Shown here: positions 1 to 11,795 of the stretch, in pieces
Numbering within the stretch: position 1 is the first letter of the stretch
Layout of the letters: each line of letters opens with the position of its first letter
From: Lepidodermella squamata
Lineage: Eukaryota; Animalia; Gastrotricha
Direction of reading: 5' to 3'
Assembly (NCBI GenBank): GCA_047495785.1
Contig: JBLDXI010000066.1
Coordinates: 1-64,000 of the forward strand
DNA: 64,000 nucleotides
The notes under the pieces: generated by a model
What the model was told of the DNA's origin: nothing
The model's input: the letters and a program-made list of their open reading frames with translations, nothing else
Databases searched by the model: none
Translations under genes and position numbers: made by a program

Positions 1-17
1 ACACATCTCGTGAGAGT
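1..17 (+). other. Untrimmed PacBio barcode adapter (bc1003 + T overhang), technical sequence
   Basis: ACACATCTCGTGAGAGT matches, from memory, bc1003 (ACACATCTCGTGAGAG) plus T. The palindrome arm identity begins exactly at base 18. Confidence 0.85.
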
Positions 18-1913
18 TGACTGAGGAACACCACTTGTCAAAAACCACCTGTATTCGTTTTCGTTTCCGCAGATCGCCGCTCTCCAGAAAAACGGCTAAT
101 TTCAAAGCGCTGCATTTCAAATTTGCCAAGTGGTAAAATCGGAAAACTGAAATCAAACAGTTGCAAAAATCATCAATTTAGTGGGTTAAAATTACGGCAC
201 GAAAGAGAAGCTTAGGTACATTAACTTGCATATGAAAAACGTCTGGAATTATTATTAATTTTTTTCTTGACAGTCTTATCAATGGCGAGAAGGTTTTCGA
301 CCAGCCTTTCGTTCCTTTCCACTGATTTTTAAACAGATTGAATTTTCTTTTATTGAATAACCGTTTTTTCGACGAAAAGCTGTTTTGCCGCCGTAGTCGA
401 GTTTGATAGAGATGTGCAGTTTGCGTTGAAGAAGCGTGTCTCGAAGTTCGAAGAGGTGGCTTCGTAACAGATGATTCGAAAAACTCGCAATCAACGCACC
501 TGTAGTCGGTGTTGGGGTGACCGCAGGCGAAGAGCTTCGTCATAAGCGCGTAGTCACATATTGCGATGAGGCGGAATGAATACATAGCATTTTCAACAAT
601 TATTCCGTTATTAATGGTTGCCGCCATGTATGTTTCCAGATTTTCGCTGGTTTCTTTCCCGCGAAAAGCCGCCATTATATGCTCGCCGCTCAAACCGATA
701 GTTTTTTAGTTGCAACACTACAAAGGTTCGCGATAACGTTGCCAGGTATTTGATTAGTACGGTTGGCAGAGCCATCTATCTGAAGACGAATGTCATTGAC
801 GGAGGAAGATGACATAATCTTGTCTCGAATCCATGCATTAGCTAGATCCGATAGCGACCTCCAGGCGCCGTCATCTAGAATTCAAATATTTCAAATATAT
901 ATAAATAAAATAATAAAATAATAAAATATCATTTAAGTATTTAAATCTAAAATATATTTAAATATTTAAATTTTAAATTAATGAAATTTCAAAAATAATT
1001 AAATATTTTTATAAATACTATTTTAAAATTTCGTTTTTAATATTTTTCAAAATATTATTTTTCTGGCGTTTTTACAAGCGCTAAAAACATCACCTTCAAC
1101 CGAGTGAATTGGTAGAATGTTTCCAATCCTTTTTCGAATTTCGTAAAAAACCTCTCGCTTGACATCAGGTAAACCTAAGTCTACCCGCATGCTATAGGTT
1201 TGCCGAGCACCCAGATTATGCCGCAGGCCTTTTCTGTCAATCTTTGATGATAAAGCACATGCAGTATTTTTTATCGCATTGGAAATTTAAGCTAAATAAT
1301 TTTACTCGAGAGCTTTAGACTCCGGCGAAGGTTCTGCTTTGCGCGGCCAGGAAACTTCAACACTTCCGATCCCTTGATAATCCATTTTCAAAGTAGCCTT
1401 AGTGACAACAGCGCCATTCATCACAGCACCCAGGGTATGACTCTGGCATCTGCTGGAGATGAATGAGTTGCCCTTTTTCGGCTCTCGCTATTACACTTCG
1501 CGGTTTCAGCTCGGCGACCGAATCTGATTTAGGGCGAGATCGACTGATCGTTTTGGCCAACTCTTCTTTGTCTACTGGTTCAGTATAAGTAAATGGCATT
1601 TGTAAAGAGCATAATCTGATTATTGTAAAATGATGAAATATATCATATGCTATTATATGATTATGGAGTAATTTGGTGACTTTTTGCAACCGCAGTGCAT
1701 CGATGGTGTTTCGATGGCTTGATTATTTTATTATTTCTTACTATTTCTGAATGGTATTAAATCCTCTCAGGATAAATATCACGGAACGACGAAATGACGA
1801 AATGACGGAGCGAAGAAATCACGGTCTGGCAAAAAAATCAAAAGCATGGCCGCGTCGCAGCTGCTATTTTTTTCTGAGGCTGACCTTTGATCCTGCAATC
1901 CGGAAGCATAATG
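18..1913 (-). mobile_element. Mirror (probably artefactual) partial copy of the RAG1/Transib-like element left end and transposase
   Basis: Reverse complement of 8490-10389, with 1-bp indels. Confidence 0.85.
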
Positions 1914-4506
1914 CTATCACGGCAATTATCGCAACAGCTGAAGCCAGTTCTGTACTAGCGCTCCCGTCATTTCCGAACAAAGTGCCAATCAACAAGGCGG
2001 CAATGAAAAGTGTAACAGTGAAGTAAATTAAGATGGAATATTTTGTCAGGGCTTTGAGGCGACTCAACTCCCCGCGACTTATCGTAGTGACTGATGCTGC
2101 TTAGCAGTCAACATCTTGTAACGCGTTTGGTTGAGAAAGCAAGCAACAACGCCCGGCCGAGCAAAATTATGAAAGAATTATGGCAGCAATCATTAGGCCC
2201 AATGAAGTCCTTGAAGCGCCTATCGATTGAGCGATTTGGCAATCGAATCGAACCCTCTGATAGGCCAAGCTGATGTCAGTAGTCGACTGTTCGATAGCAT
2301 AGTAGAATGGCGCTGATTTGACGGGACTAGAAGCCAAACTTGCGATAAATAAGGGAATTGAAGTTAGCAGTGCTCCTTCCCAATGTTTGAAAGGTCTGAA
2401 GTGCTCATCATGTCTCAATCTGAGCACAAAACCATAGAAAAGGATGACAGAACCGGACAACATGAAAAATATCGATGTAGTACAGCTGATTATGAGATCG
2501 CTCGAGAGACTAGGGGAAACCGCGAAGACGTAGCACAATATAGAATTATTTCCGAACATGCTAATCAATATCGCTCGGCTTGAGGGGTCTAAGACGGCCA
2601 AACTTGGACGCCAATGCCAATAGCAGCATGTAGATTGTTACGATGCTTGCCAAAGCTGAAAAAAGTGAGATATTGATTGAAATCATTACTGGACATCCCA
2701 AAAAAAACCTTTCATAGCGACATTAGCCCCTTCCGAGATCTGAGGAACGACAACCCTCTCTACAACCAAGGCATCTTTTGGAGGTTGCTTATTGAAAGTC
2801 TTCCACGTGAATCGATCCCTTAAAATAATCATGGGCCCATTTGGTTTTTCGTTGGATTTGTAGTATCCAACAATTTGAGTTCGCGTTTTCGGTGATCCAT
2901 TCACGATATCGACAACGCCTTGCCGGAAAATAATCGGCATACAACCCGAGGACCATTTGGTTGCCACGTCGTAAGAATATTCGCCCTTGAAACCAGTAAA
3001 TGAGAAAGCACCTGCCGCTTTTTCAATTACCTCCGAGATGTCAGAGCTATTTCTCATGCTTAGTTTGGACGTTGTCCAATTTGAAAGGCTCGAATTTCCT
3101 TATCAAATTAAGAACATTGAATTGATTAAGTACTGAGTATTAAGCTTACTGCCTCGCAGAATATGTTCTGTCTCGTTCAATATTAGTCCTATTGCCATGT
3201 GGCGGTCGTAGTATGTCGAACTCCAGTATTCCCAGCCGACAGCTTTCTCCGGGCTATCAATCGTCGAGGTCAAATGGTTGAAAAAGTCTGCTAATGTAAC
3301 CCCGCTTGAATCTGTCTTGTTTTCGCCGTAGATTTCGCTAAGCGGCGCATCGGCAGCAAATATGAAACTGCTGAAGACATCGGCGAACATGCTTTGTTTG
3401 CACCAATGCGAAAGAAAAGCAGGGACTGGGGAATTTTCATCGAATGACAGAAGGAATGATAAGGTGAGAATTACGTAACTCGGACCGTGCAGACCGTAGC
3501 GATGAAGGAAGCAGGGCATTGTCACCTGACTGCCATAAATGTTAAATACAATGATTCTGGGCTGAGATCTAGACAGCTCTTTGAATGTTGTATCCAATTC
3601 TTCTTCATTTTCAGATCCAAGAGGAACTTTGCCGTAGTATACTAGTGACATGTTGCGACGATCTAGCGCATCGAGAAAACTAGCGTCCAACTGCAAAACA
3701 AGATCGAATGAAACAATTGTCTTCGAAATGAAATATATTACCATGTTATCGTACAGGTGAGTATCCGAAATCAAAGCAACACGCTTCCAACCCATTTTAG
3801 CAATGAAATCTGCCATAGCTAAGCAGTAGTAGTCACCCCGCTCTCCCAAAGGAATGTAATTTGAGAATTTTCCTCGCTCGAAAAACAGCTTGGTATCGCT
3901 TGGATAGGCAGATATCTTCCCAATGTTATTAGTCAAATTATATCAAAGAGAAGCTAAGCAACTTACAGCAATCATATTGTTGGGTTTAGCCATCAAAGCG
4001 GATATGGATTGCGGCTGTGCTGAACATTCTGTTATGGCCATAAGGGGTAATCTGTCTTCGACGTCATCATTTTCTCTCAGTTTGTCAGTTATGACTTTGA
4101 CTGTAACATCATCTGTGCACTTCAGCGGGATTTTAATTTGAAATAAAAAAAGAGACCGCTTTACCTGATCATCAATGATTTCGAATACAAGTTCATAGTT
4201 CGGCAACCAATTTCGTAAAGTGCGGAGTCGGTCTAGGGCGAAACTAACTGCCGCTGTAGCTACTGGCCCGATTGCGTAGTCGGGTGAATTGTAAATTAAG
4301 CTTGTCACCACTTTGACAATACGCTTTTGGCCTTCGCCTGGTATTTCGACATATTTCGGCAGTTCGATGTCGAGAGATGAGTTGGAAAAATTCAAATAGT
4401 TTGACAACACGGTTGACATTGCGTAACGTGGCACTGGTGTATTCATCGGTATCAGGCTGAAGGCTGATGGCAAAACGCTAGCAAATGCGATTATGAGTAG
4501 CGCCAT
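1864..4506 (-). pseudogene. Mirror (probably artefactual) copy of the class C GPCR gene, with frameshifting indels
   Basis: Reverse complement of 5895-8539; errors near 2085-2145 and 2570-2580. Confidence 0.8.
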
Positions 4507-4789
4507 AAATTCTTGATATGTATTATCCAAACTCTCAGAAAAATGAGAAATGCATAATTCACGGACTAACCTGTTTGGGACCTAGGCGTAATAAACACGA
4601 GAGCGTTGTTTCAGATTTCAAAGTGATTTCATAGAAATAGGCTACTAATGGGGCATGTGACTGAACGCTCATTCTTGCTCTCATTCGGACATTTCTATTC
4701 TTGCTTCAAGTATAATAGACAGTTGACCTGCACGGCGACATACTCAACCAAGACCTGGTTTTTTTTGTTTTACTTGTCGAGCATTGCTA

Positions 4790-5610
4790 TAGTACAGTGG
4801 TACAGTACGCAGACGACACAACAATATATTTTTCCGCAAAAAATGACTCCGAAGTCCAGGCCACACTGCAGAAGGACATAGACGAAGTTGTAAAATGGTT
4901 GGGCAGCAACTCACTGAAAGTAAACGGGAAAAATCCCAATTGATGATTATCTCTTACAGTTCATCAGAACCAAAAATTGAAATCAAAATCGATGGGAAGA
5001 AAATCGATCAGACAAACTCGATGACATTGCTGGGCGTCATTTTAGATAACAAACTAATTTCAATGACCATGTCGAAAAGGCATGTGCTAAGGCGAGAAAA
5101 GGGCTTTTCGCACTGAAATTAGCAGCGCAAAATGGCTTAAACCGAAATTGTCTCAAAGCCATGGCAAATGGGCTCATCTTTTCGCATCTGCATTACTGCG
5201 ACACAGTTGTCGGTGAGGCATGTGATACATCTTTGCAAAGAATGCAAAGCTTCAAGATAGAGCTGTCCGTATAATCATGAACGCCCCAGATCATGCCGAC
5301 GCTAAGGCCTTACGAAAAGAATTGGGATGGCTAGACCTAAAGGGCAAACGAGGCGTTCATTTAGCCACCTTAATGTATCGCTGTTTGTCTGATCGATTTT
5401 CTTCCCATCGATTTTGATTTCAATTTTTGGTTCTGATGAACTGTAAGAGATAATCATCAATTGGGATTTTTTCCCGTTTACTTTCAGTGAGTTGCTGCCC
5501 AACCATTTTACAACTTCGTCTATGTCCTTCTGCAGTGTGGCCTGGACTTCGGAGTCATTTTTTGCGGAAAAATATATTGTTGTGTCGTCTGCGTACTGTA
5601 CCACTGTACT
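4790..5610. mobile_element. CR1/L2-type LINE reverse-transcriptase 3' fragment at the palindrome centre (+ on 4790-5382, mirrored on - at 5383-5610)
   Basis: QYADDTTIY motif followed by LKVNGKKSQLM, LGVILDNKL, ANGLIFSHLHYCD and LGWLD. Same family as the LINEs at 20372 and 37936. Confidence 0.85.
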
Positions 5611-5894
5611 ATAGCAATGCTCGACAAGTAAAACAAAAAAAACCAGGTCTTGGTTGAGTATGTCGCCGTGCAGGTCAACTGTCTATTATACTTGAAGCAA
5701 GAATAGAAATGTCCGAATGAGAGCAAGAATGAGCGTTCAGTCACATGCCCCATTAGTAGCCTATTTCTATGAAATCACTTTGAAATCTGAAACAACGCTC
5801 TCGTGTTTATTACGCCTAGGTCCCAAACAGGTTAGTCCGTGAATTATGCATTTCTCATTTTTCTGAGAGTTTGGATAATACATATCAAGAATTT

Positions 5895-8539
5895 ATGGCG
5901 CTACTCATAATCGCATTTGCTAGCGTTTTGCCATCAGCCTTCAGCCTGATACCGATGAATACACCAGTGCCACGTTACGCAATGTCAACCGTGTTGTCAA
6001 ACTATTTGAATTTTTCCAACTCATCTCTCGACATCGAACTGCCGAAATATGTCGAAATACCAGGCGAAGGCCAAAAGCGTATTGTCAAAGTGGTGACAAG
6101 CTTAATTTACAATTCACCCGACTACGCAATCGGGCCAGTAGCTACAGCGGCAGTTAGTTTCGCCCTAGACCGACTCCGCACTTTACGAAATTGGTTGCCG
6201 AACTATGAACTTGTATTCGAAATCATTGATGATCAGGTAAAGCGGTCTCTTTTTTTATTTCAAAATTAAAATCCCGCTGAAGTGCACAGATGATGTTACA
6301 GTCAAAGTCATAACTGACAAACTGAGAGAAAATGATGACGTCGAAGACAGATTACCCCTTATGGCCATAACAGAATGTTCAGCACAGCCGCAATCCATAT
6401 CCGCTTTGATGGCTAAACCCAACAATATGATTGCTGTAAGTTGCTTAGCTTCTCTTTGATATAATTTGACTAATAACATTGGGAAGATATCTGCCTATCC
6501 AAGCGATACCAAGCTGTTTTTCGAGCGAGGAAAATTCTCAAATTACATTCCTTTGGGAGAGCGGGGTGACTACTACTGCTTAGCTATGGCAGATTTCATT
6601 GCTAAAATGGGTTGGAAGCGTGTTGCTTTGATTTCGGATACTCACCTGTACGATAACATGGTAATATATTTCATTTCGAAGACAATTGTTTCATTCGATC
6701 TTGTTTTGCAGTTGGACGCTAGTTTTCTCGATGCGCTAGATCGTCGCAACATGTCACTAGTATACTACGGCAAAGTTCCTCTTGGATCTGAAAATGAAGA
6801 AGAATTGGATACAACATTCAAAGAGCTGTCTAGATCTCAGCCCAGAATCATTGTATTTAACATTTATGGCAGTCAGGTGACAATGCCCTGCTTCCTTCAT
6901 CGCTACGGTCTGCACGGTCCGAGTTACGTAATTCTCACCTTATCATTCCTTCTGTCATTCGATGAAAATTCCCCAGTCCCTGCTTTTCTTTCGCATTGGT
7001 GCAAACAAAGCATGTTCGCCGATGTCTTCAGCAGTTTCATATTTGCTGCCGATGCGCCGCTTAGCGAAATCTACGGCGAAAACAAGACAGATTCAAGCGG
7101 GGTTACATTAGCAGACTTTTTCAACCATTTGACCTCGACGATTGATAGCCCGGAGAAAGCTGTCGGCTGGGAATACTGGAGTTCGACATACTACGACCGC
7201 CACATGGCAATAGGACTAATATTGAACGAGACAGAACATATTCTGCGAGGCAGTAAGCTTAATACTCAGTACTTAATCAATTCAATGTTCTTAATTTGAT
7301 AAGGAAATTCGAGCCTTTCAAATTGGACAACGTCCAAACTAAGCATGAGAAATAGCTCTGACATCTCGGAGGTAATTGAAAAAGCGGCAGGTGCTTTCTC
7401 ATTTACTGGTTTCAAGGGCGAATATTCTTACGACGTGGCAACCAAATGGTCCTCGGGTTGTATGCCGATTATTTTCCGGCAAGGCGTTGTCGATATCGTG
7501 AATGGATCACCGAAAACGCGAACTCAAATTGTTGGATACTACAAATCCAACGAAAAACCAAATGGGCCCATGATTATTTTAAGGGATCGATTCACGTGGA
7601 AGACTTTCAATAAGCAACCTCCAAAAGATGCCTTGGTTGTAGAGAGGGTTGTCGTTCCTCAGATCTCGGAAGGGGCTAATGTCGCTATGAAAGGTTTTTT
7701 TGGGATGTCCAGTAATGATTTCAATCAATATCTCACTTTTTTCAGCTTTGGCAAGCATCGTAACAATCTACATGCTGCTATTGGCATTGGCGTCCAAGTT
7801 TGGCCGTCTTAGACCCCTCAAGCCGAGCGATTTGATTAGCATGTTCGGAAATAATTCTATATTGTGCTACGTCTTCGCGGTTTCCCCTAGTCTCTCGAGC
7901 GATCTCATAATCAGCTGTACTACATCGATATTTTTCATGTTGTCCGGTTCTGTCATCCTTTTCTATGGTTTTGTGCTCAGATTGAGACATGATGAGCACT
8001 TCAGACCTTTCAAACATTGGGAAGGAGCACTGCTAACTTCAATTCCCTTATTTATCGCAAGTTTGGCTTCTAGTCCCGTCAAATCAGCGCCATTCTACTA
8101 TGCTATCGAACAGTCGACTACTGACATCAGCTTGGCCTATCAGAGGGTTCGATTCGATTGCCAAATCGCTCAATCGATAGGCGCTTCAAGGACTTCATTG
8201 GGCCTAATGATTGCTGCCATAATTCTTTTCATAATTTTGCTCGGCCGGGCGTTGTTGCTTGCTTTTCTCAACCAAACGCGTTACAAGATGTTGACTGCTA
8301 AGCAGCATCAGTCACTACCGATAAGTCGCGGGGAGTTGAGTCGCCTCAAAGCCCTGACAAAATATTCCATCTTAATTTACTTCACTGTTACACTTTTCAT
8401 TGCCGCCTTGTTGATTGGCACTTTGTTCGGAAATGACGGGAGCGCTAGTACAGAACTGGCTTCAGCTGTTGCGATAATTGCCGTGATAGCATTATGCTTC
8501 CGGATTGCAGGATCAAAGGTCAGCCTCAGAAAAAAATAG
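5895..8539 (+). CDS. GABA-B-receptor-like class C GPCR (signal peptide, Venus flytrap domain, multi-TM region), 6 exons; C-terminus interrupted by a transposon
   Basis: Motifs LPNYELVFEIIDDQCTD, MGWKRVALIS, PRIIVFN, YGLHGPSYV, FTGFKGEYSYD and WKTFNKQPPKD, then hydrophobic helices; no Cys-rich domain. Short GT-AG introns near 6237, 6436, 6661, 7253 and 7694. Confidence 0.8.
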
Positions 8540-8804
8540 CAGCTGCGACGCGGCCATGCTTTTGATTTTTTTGCCAGACCGTGATTTCTTCGCTCCGTCA
8601 TTTCGTCATTTCGTCGTTCCGTGATATTTATCCTGAGAGGATTTAATACCATTCAGAAATAGTAAGAAATAATAAAATAATCAAGCCATCGAAACACCAT
8701 CGATGCACTGCGGTTGCAAAAAGTCACCAAATTACTCCATAATCATATAATAGCATATGATATATTTCATCATTTTACAAATAATCAGATTATGCTCTTT
8801 ACAA

Positions 8805-10940
8805 ATGCCATTTACTTATACTGAACCAGTAGACAAAGAAGAGTTGGCCAAAACGATCAGTCGATCTCGCCCTAAATCAGATTCGGTCGCCGAGCTGAAA
8901 CCGCGAAGTGTAATAGCGAGAGCCGAAAAAGGGCAACTCATTCATCTCCAGCAGATGCCAGAGTCATACCTGGGTGCTGTGATGAATGGCGCTGTTGTCA
9001 CTAAGGCTACTTTGAAAATGGATTATCAAGGGATCGGAAGTGTTGAAGTTTCCTGGCCGCGCAAAGCAGAACCTTCGCCGGAGTCTAAAGCTCTCGAGTA
9101 AAATTATTTAGCTTAAATTTCCAATGCGATAAAAAATACTGCATGTGCTTTATCATCAAAGATTGATCAGAAAAGGCCTGCGGCATAATCTGGGTGCTCG
9201 GCAAACCTATAGCATGCGGGTAGACTTAGGTTTACCTGATGTCAAGCGAGAGGTTTTTTACGAAATTCGAAAAAGGATTGGAAACATTCTACCAATTCAC
9301 TCGGTTGAAGGTGATGTTTTTAGCGCTTGTAAAAACGCCAGAAAAATAATATTTTGAAAAAATATTAAAAACGAAATTTTAAAATAGTATTTATAAAAAT
9401 ATTTAATTATTTTTGAAATTTCATTAATTTAAAATTTAAATATTTAAATATATTTTAGATTTAAATACTTAAATGATATTTTATTATTTTATTATTTTAT
9501 TTATATATATTTGAAATATTTGAATTCTAGATGACGGCGCCTGGAGGTCGCTATCGGATCTAGCTAATGCATGGATTCGAGACAAGATTATGTCATCTTC
9601 CTCCGTCAATGACATTCGTCTTCAGATAGATGGCTCTGCCAACCGTACTAATCAAATACCTGGCAACGTTATCGCGAACCTTTGTAGTGTTGCAACTAAA
9701 AAAACTATCGGTTTGAGCGGCGAGCATATAATGGCGGCTTTTCGCGGGAAAGAAACCAGCGAAAATCTGGAAACATACATGGCGGCAACCATTAATAACG
9801 GAATAATTGTTGAAAATGCTATGTATTCATTCCGCCTCATCGCAATATGTGACTACGCGCTTATGACGAAGCTCTTCGCCTGCGGTCACCCCAACACCGA
9901 CTACAGGTGCGTTGATTGCGAGTTTTTCGAATCATCTGTTACGAAGCCACCTCTTCGAACTTCGAGACACGCTTCTTCAACGCAAACTGCACATCTCTAT
10001 CAAACTCGACTACGGCGGCAAAACAGCTTTTCGTCGAAAAAACGGTTATTCAATAAAAGAAAATTCAATCTGTTTAAAAATCAGTGGAAAGGAACGAAAG
10101 GCTGGTCGAAAACCTTCTCGCCATTGATAAGACTGTCAAGAAAAAAATTAATAATAATTCCAGACGTTTTTCATATGCAAGTTAATGTACCTAAGCTTCT
10201 CTTTCGTGCCGTAATTTTAACCCACTAAATTGATGATTTTTGCAACTGTTTGATTTCAGGTTTTCCGATTTTACCACTTGGCAAATTTGAAATGCAGCGC
10301 TTTGAAATTAGCCGTTTTTCTGGAGAGCGGCGATCTGCGGAAACGAAAACGAATACAGGTGGTTTTTGACAAGTGGTGTTCCTCAGTCACTCCTGCCATA
10401 AAAAATTCGAATCACTACGGCTTGGCTAAGGCAATTTATTGAAAAATTTACTTCTCGGCAATAGTTACCACATTGCTTTAGGTCTTCAAACAGTTTGCTG
10501 GGAATCTCGCGAAAACATCTTTGAAAACTGGCTTTTTCATTCCGGAAGAAATAGCTTTAACCCCTGCTTCCGAGCACCGCCTCACCTTGCTGAAAAAACT
10601 GATCCTAATGTCGCAGGTCGTATTCGATGACGTCAGAGCACGGTCAAAGGATAAAACAGTCAAAATCGAAACCAACGCCCGGAAAATAATGATCAACAAA
10701 TACCCTGAGATGTGGAAAGAAGCTGTAGGAAAGGTGACTTCATACGCACATATGCTCAGCGATCATGTTTACGAGCACCTGGACGAATTCGACCTACATG
10801 CTTTATCTGCTGAGAACGCTGAGCTGGAATTGAAGAAAGTATTGAAATTCGCTTTGAAATCGTCAACGAATGCAAGACCTTTCGCCCCGCAAGTTTTGGA
10901 GAATGAAAACCGCCTTTTTTATGCGAAAATGGCTGATTAA
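8805..10940 (+). CDS. RAG1-core/Transib-like (CMC-group) DDE transposase, ~583 aa; exons 8805-9097, 9162-9310, 9531-10210, 10260-10430, 10482-10940
   Basis: Spliced CDS is 1752 nt with no stops. Motifs RLQIDGS (D), ICDYALMTKLF..YRCVDC (D + CxxC), PDVFH and SYAHMLSDHVYE..LSAENAE (Hx4H + ExxE). An upstream exon is possible. Confidence 0.8.
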
Positions 10941-11062
10941 TTTGATTATACGGTTGAATGTTTTACAAAATTTGAGCAAGACATTACACCTTTATTTGGC
11001 TTCGACATCGGAGTGCTTCAATTACTTCTATTTGATCACAAATTTGAAAATAAAAATTGAGT

Positions 11063-11626
11063 TCAAGCATCTTTCTCGATCACTCGCCATTTGCTCGGAT
11101 TAAGGCTGGTGTCCCAGACCATTTCGTAGTCATCCTTAGAAAAGTCGAATTTGAAGAAGCCTTTCTTTATGTCAGCGTCCAGCTCAGCTATCTTTCGCAA
11201 AATCGGGGTTTGTTTTTTGCCCACCATTCGCTCGAACGCCCCGTTTGCGTCTTCGGGGTTTTCCACCATCCACGCGTCCCACGCAGACTTGGGAGCGGTG
11301 GATGATTTGCCGATTAGTGCGAACGCTGCATGCATATGTCGCAATCGATTTTCCATTTCAAAGGACCATTTCGAGTAACCCCCTGAATAAAAAAATCATT
11401 ATCGTTGACTGCTTTAAAAATTAAAAAAATGAGTACCTCGATAGCTATTGACTGCGAGTAAAACGTTTCGCAGTTTCACTCGGCGTTCGGCTGGGAGTTG
11501 CGGAGAAATGACCGTTTGCGACAACTCAGTCATGAGTTGCTCGTCGGTCATCGCGGCAGCCGCCCCGGCATCAACTTTACGCTTCTTACCGGGGTGACTG
11601 GGACCGGGTGCGCTATTCGAAGCCAT
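11063..11626 (-). CDS. Transposon-borne orphan protein, ~170 aa; exons 11626-11437 and 11382-11063
   Basis: A GT-AG phase-1 intron joins MASNSAPG..KKRK..VNSYR in frame to GGYSKWSFEMENRLRH..IEKDA*. Lies inside the TIRs, convergent with the transposase. Confidence 0.7.
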
Positions 11627-11795
11627 GGATAGGAACAGAAAAATCGGAAAAATCAAAATAATATTTTTGCCGGAAACGAAGAAACCACGAAGTGACGAAG
11701 CGACGAAAAATATGCACGCAGAGATATACAAAAAACGCAATAACAATTTTTTTCGGGAGTTGACCTTTGATCCTGCAATACGGAAGCATAATGAG

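Larger units (their letters stand above)
18..10389. repeat. Giant inverted repeat: arms 18-5017 and 5383-10389, 365-bp spacer; probable fold-back chimera
   Basis: The arms are near-identical reverse complements with mirrored ORFs. The differences I checked are mostly 1-bp indels that break frames in the left arm. Confidence 0.95.
8490..11793 (+). mobile_element. Two-gene DNA transposon with RAG1/Transib-like transposase; TIR CATTATGCTTCCGKATTGCAGGATCAAAGGTCA, 2-bp TSD (AG)
   Basis: 33-bp TIR with 1 mismatch at 8490-8522 and 11761-11793. AG at 8488-8489 and 11794-11795. Excising it restores the GPCR reading frame. Confidence 0.9.

Noticed and set aside
1864-8539. Head-to-head pair of GPCR paralogues sharing a promoter
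   Set aside because: Arms are near-identical including introns and TE, end at a probable barcode and carry read-type indels; better explained as a chimera.
11063-11626. Calling the second transposon gene RAG2/RAG2L, or the transposase RAG1
   Set aside because: No kelch or PHD pattern and too short; the transposase shows no RING/N-terminal zinc region and the TSD is not 5 bp, so no gene symbols were assigned.
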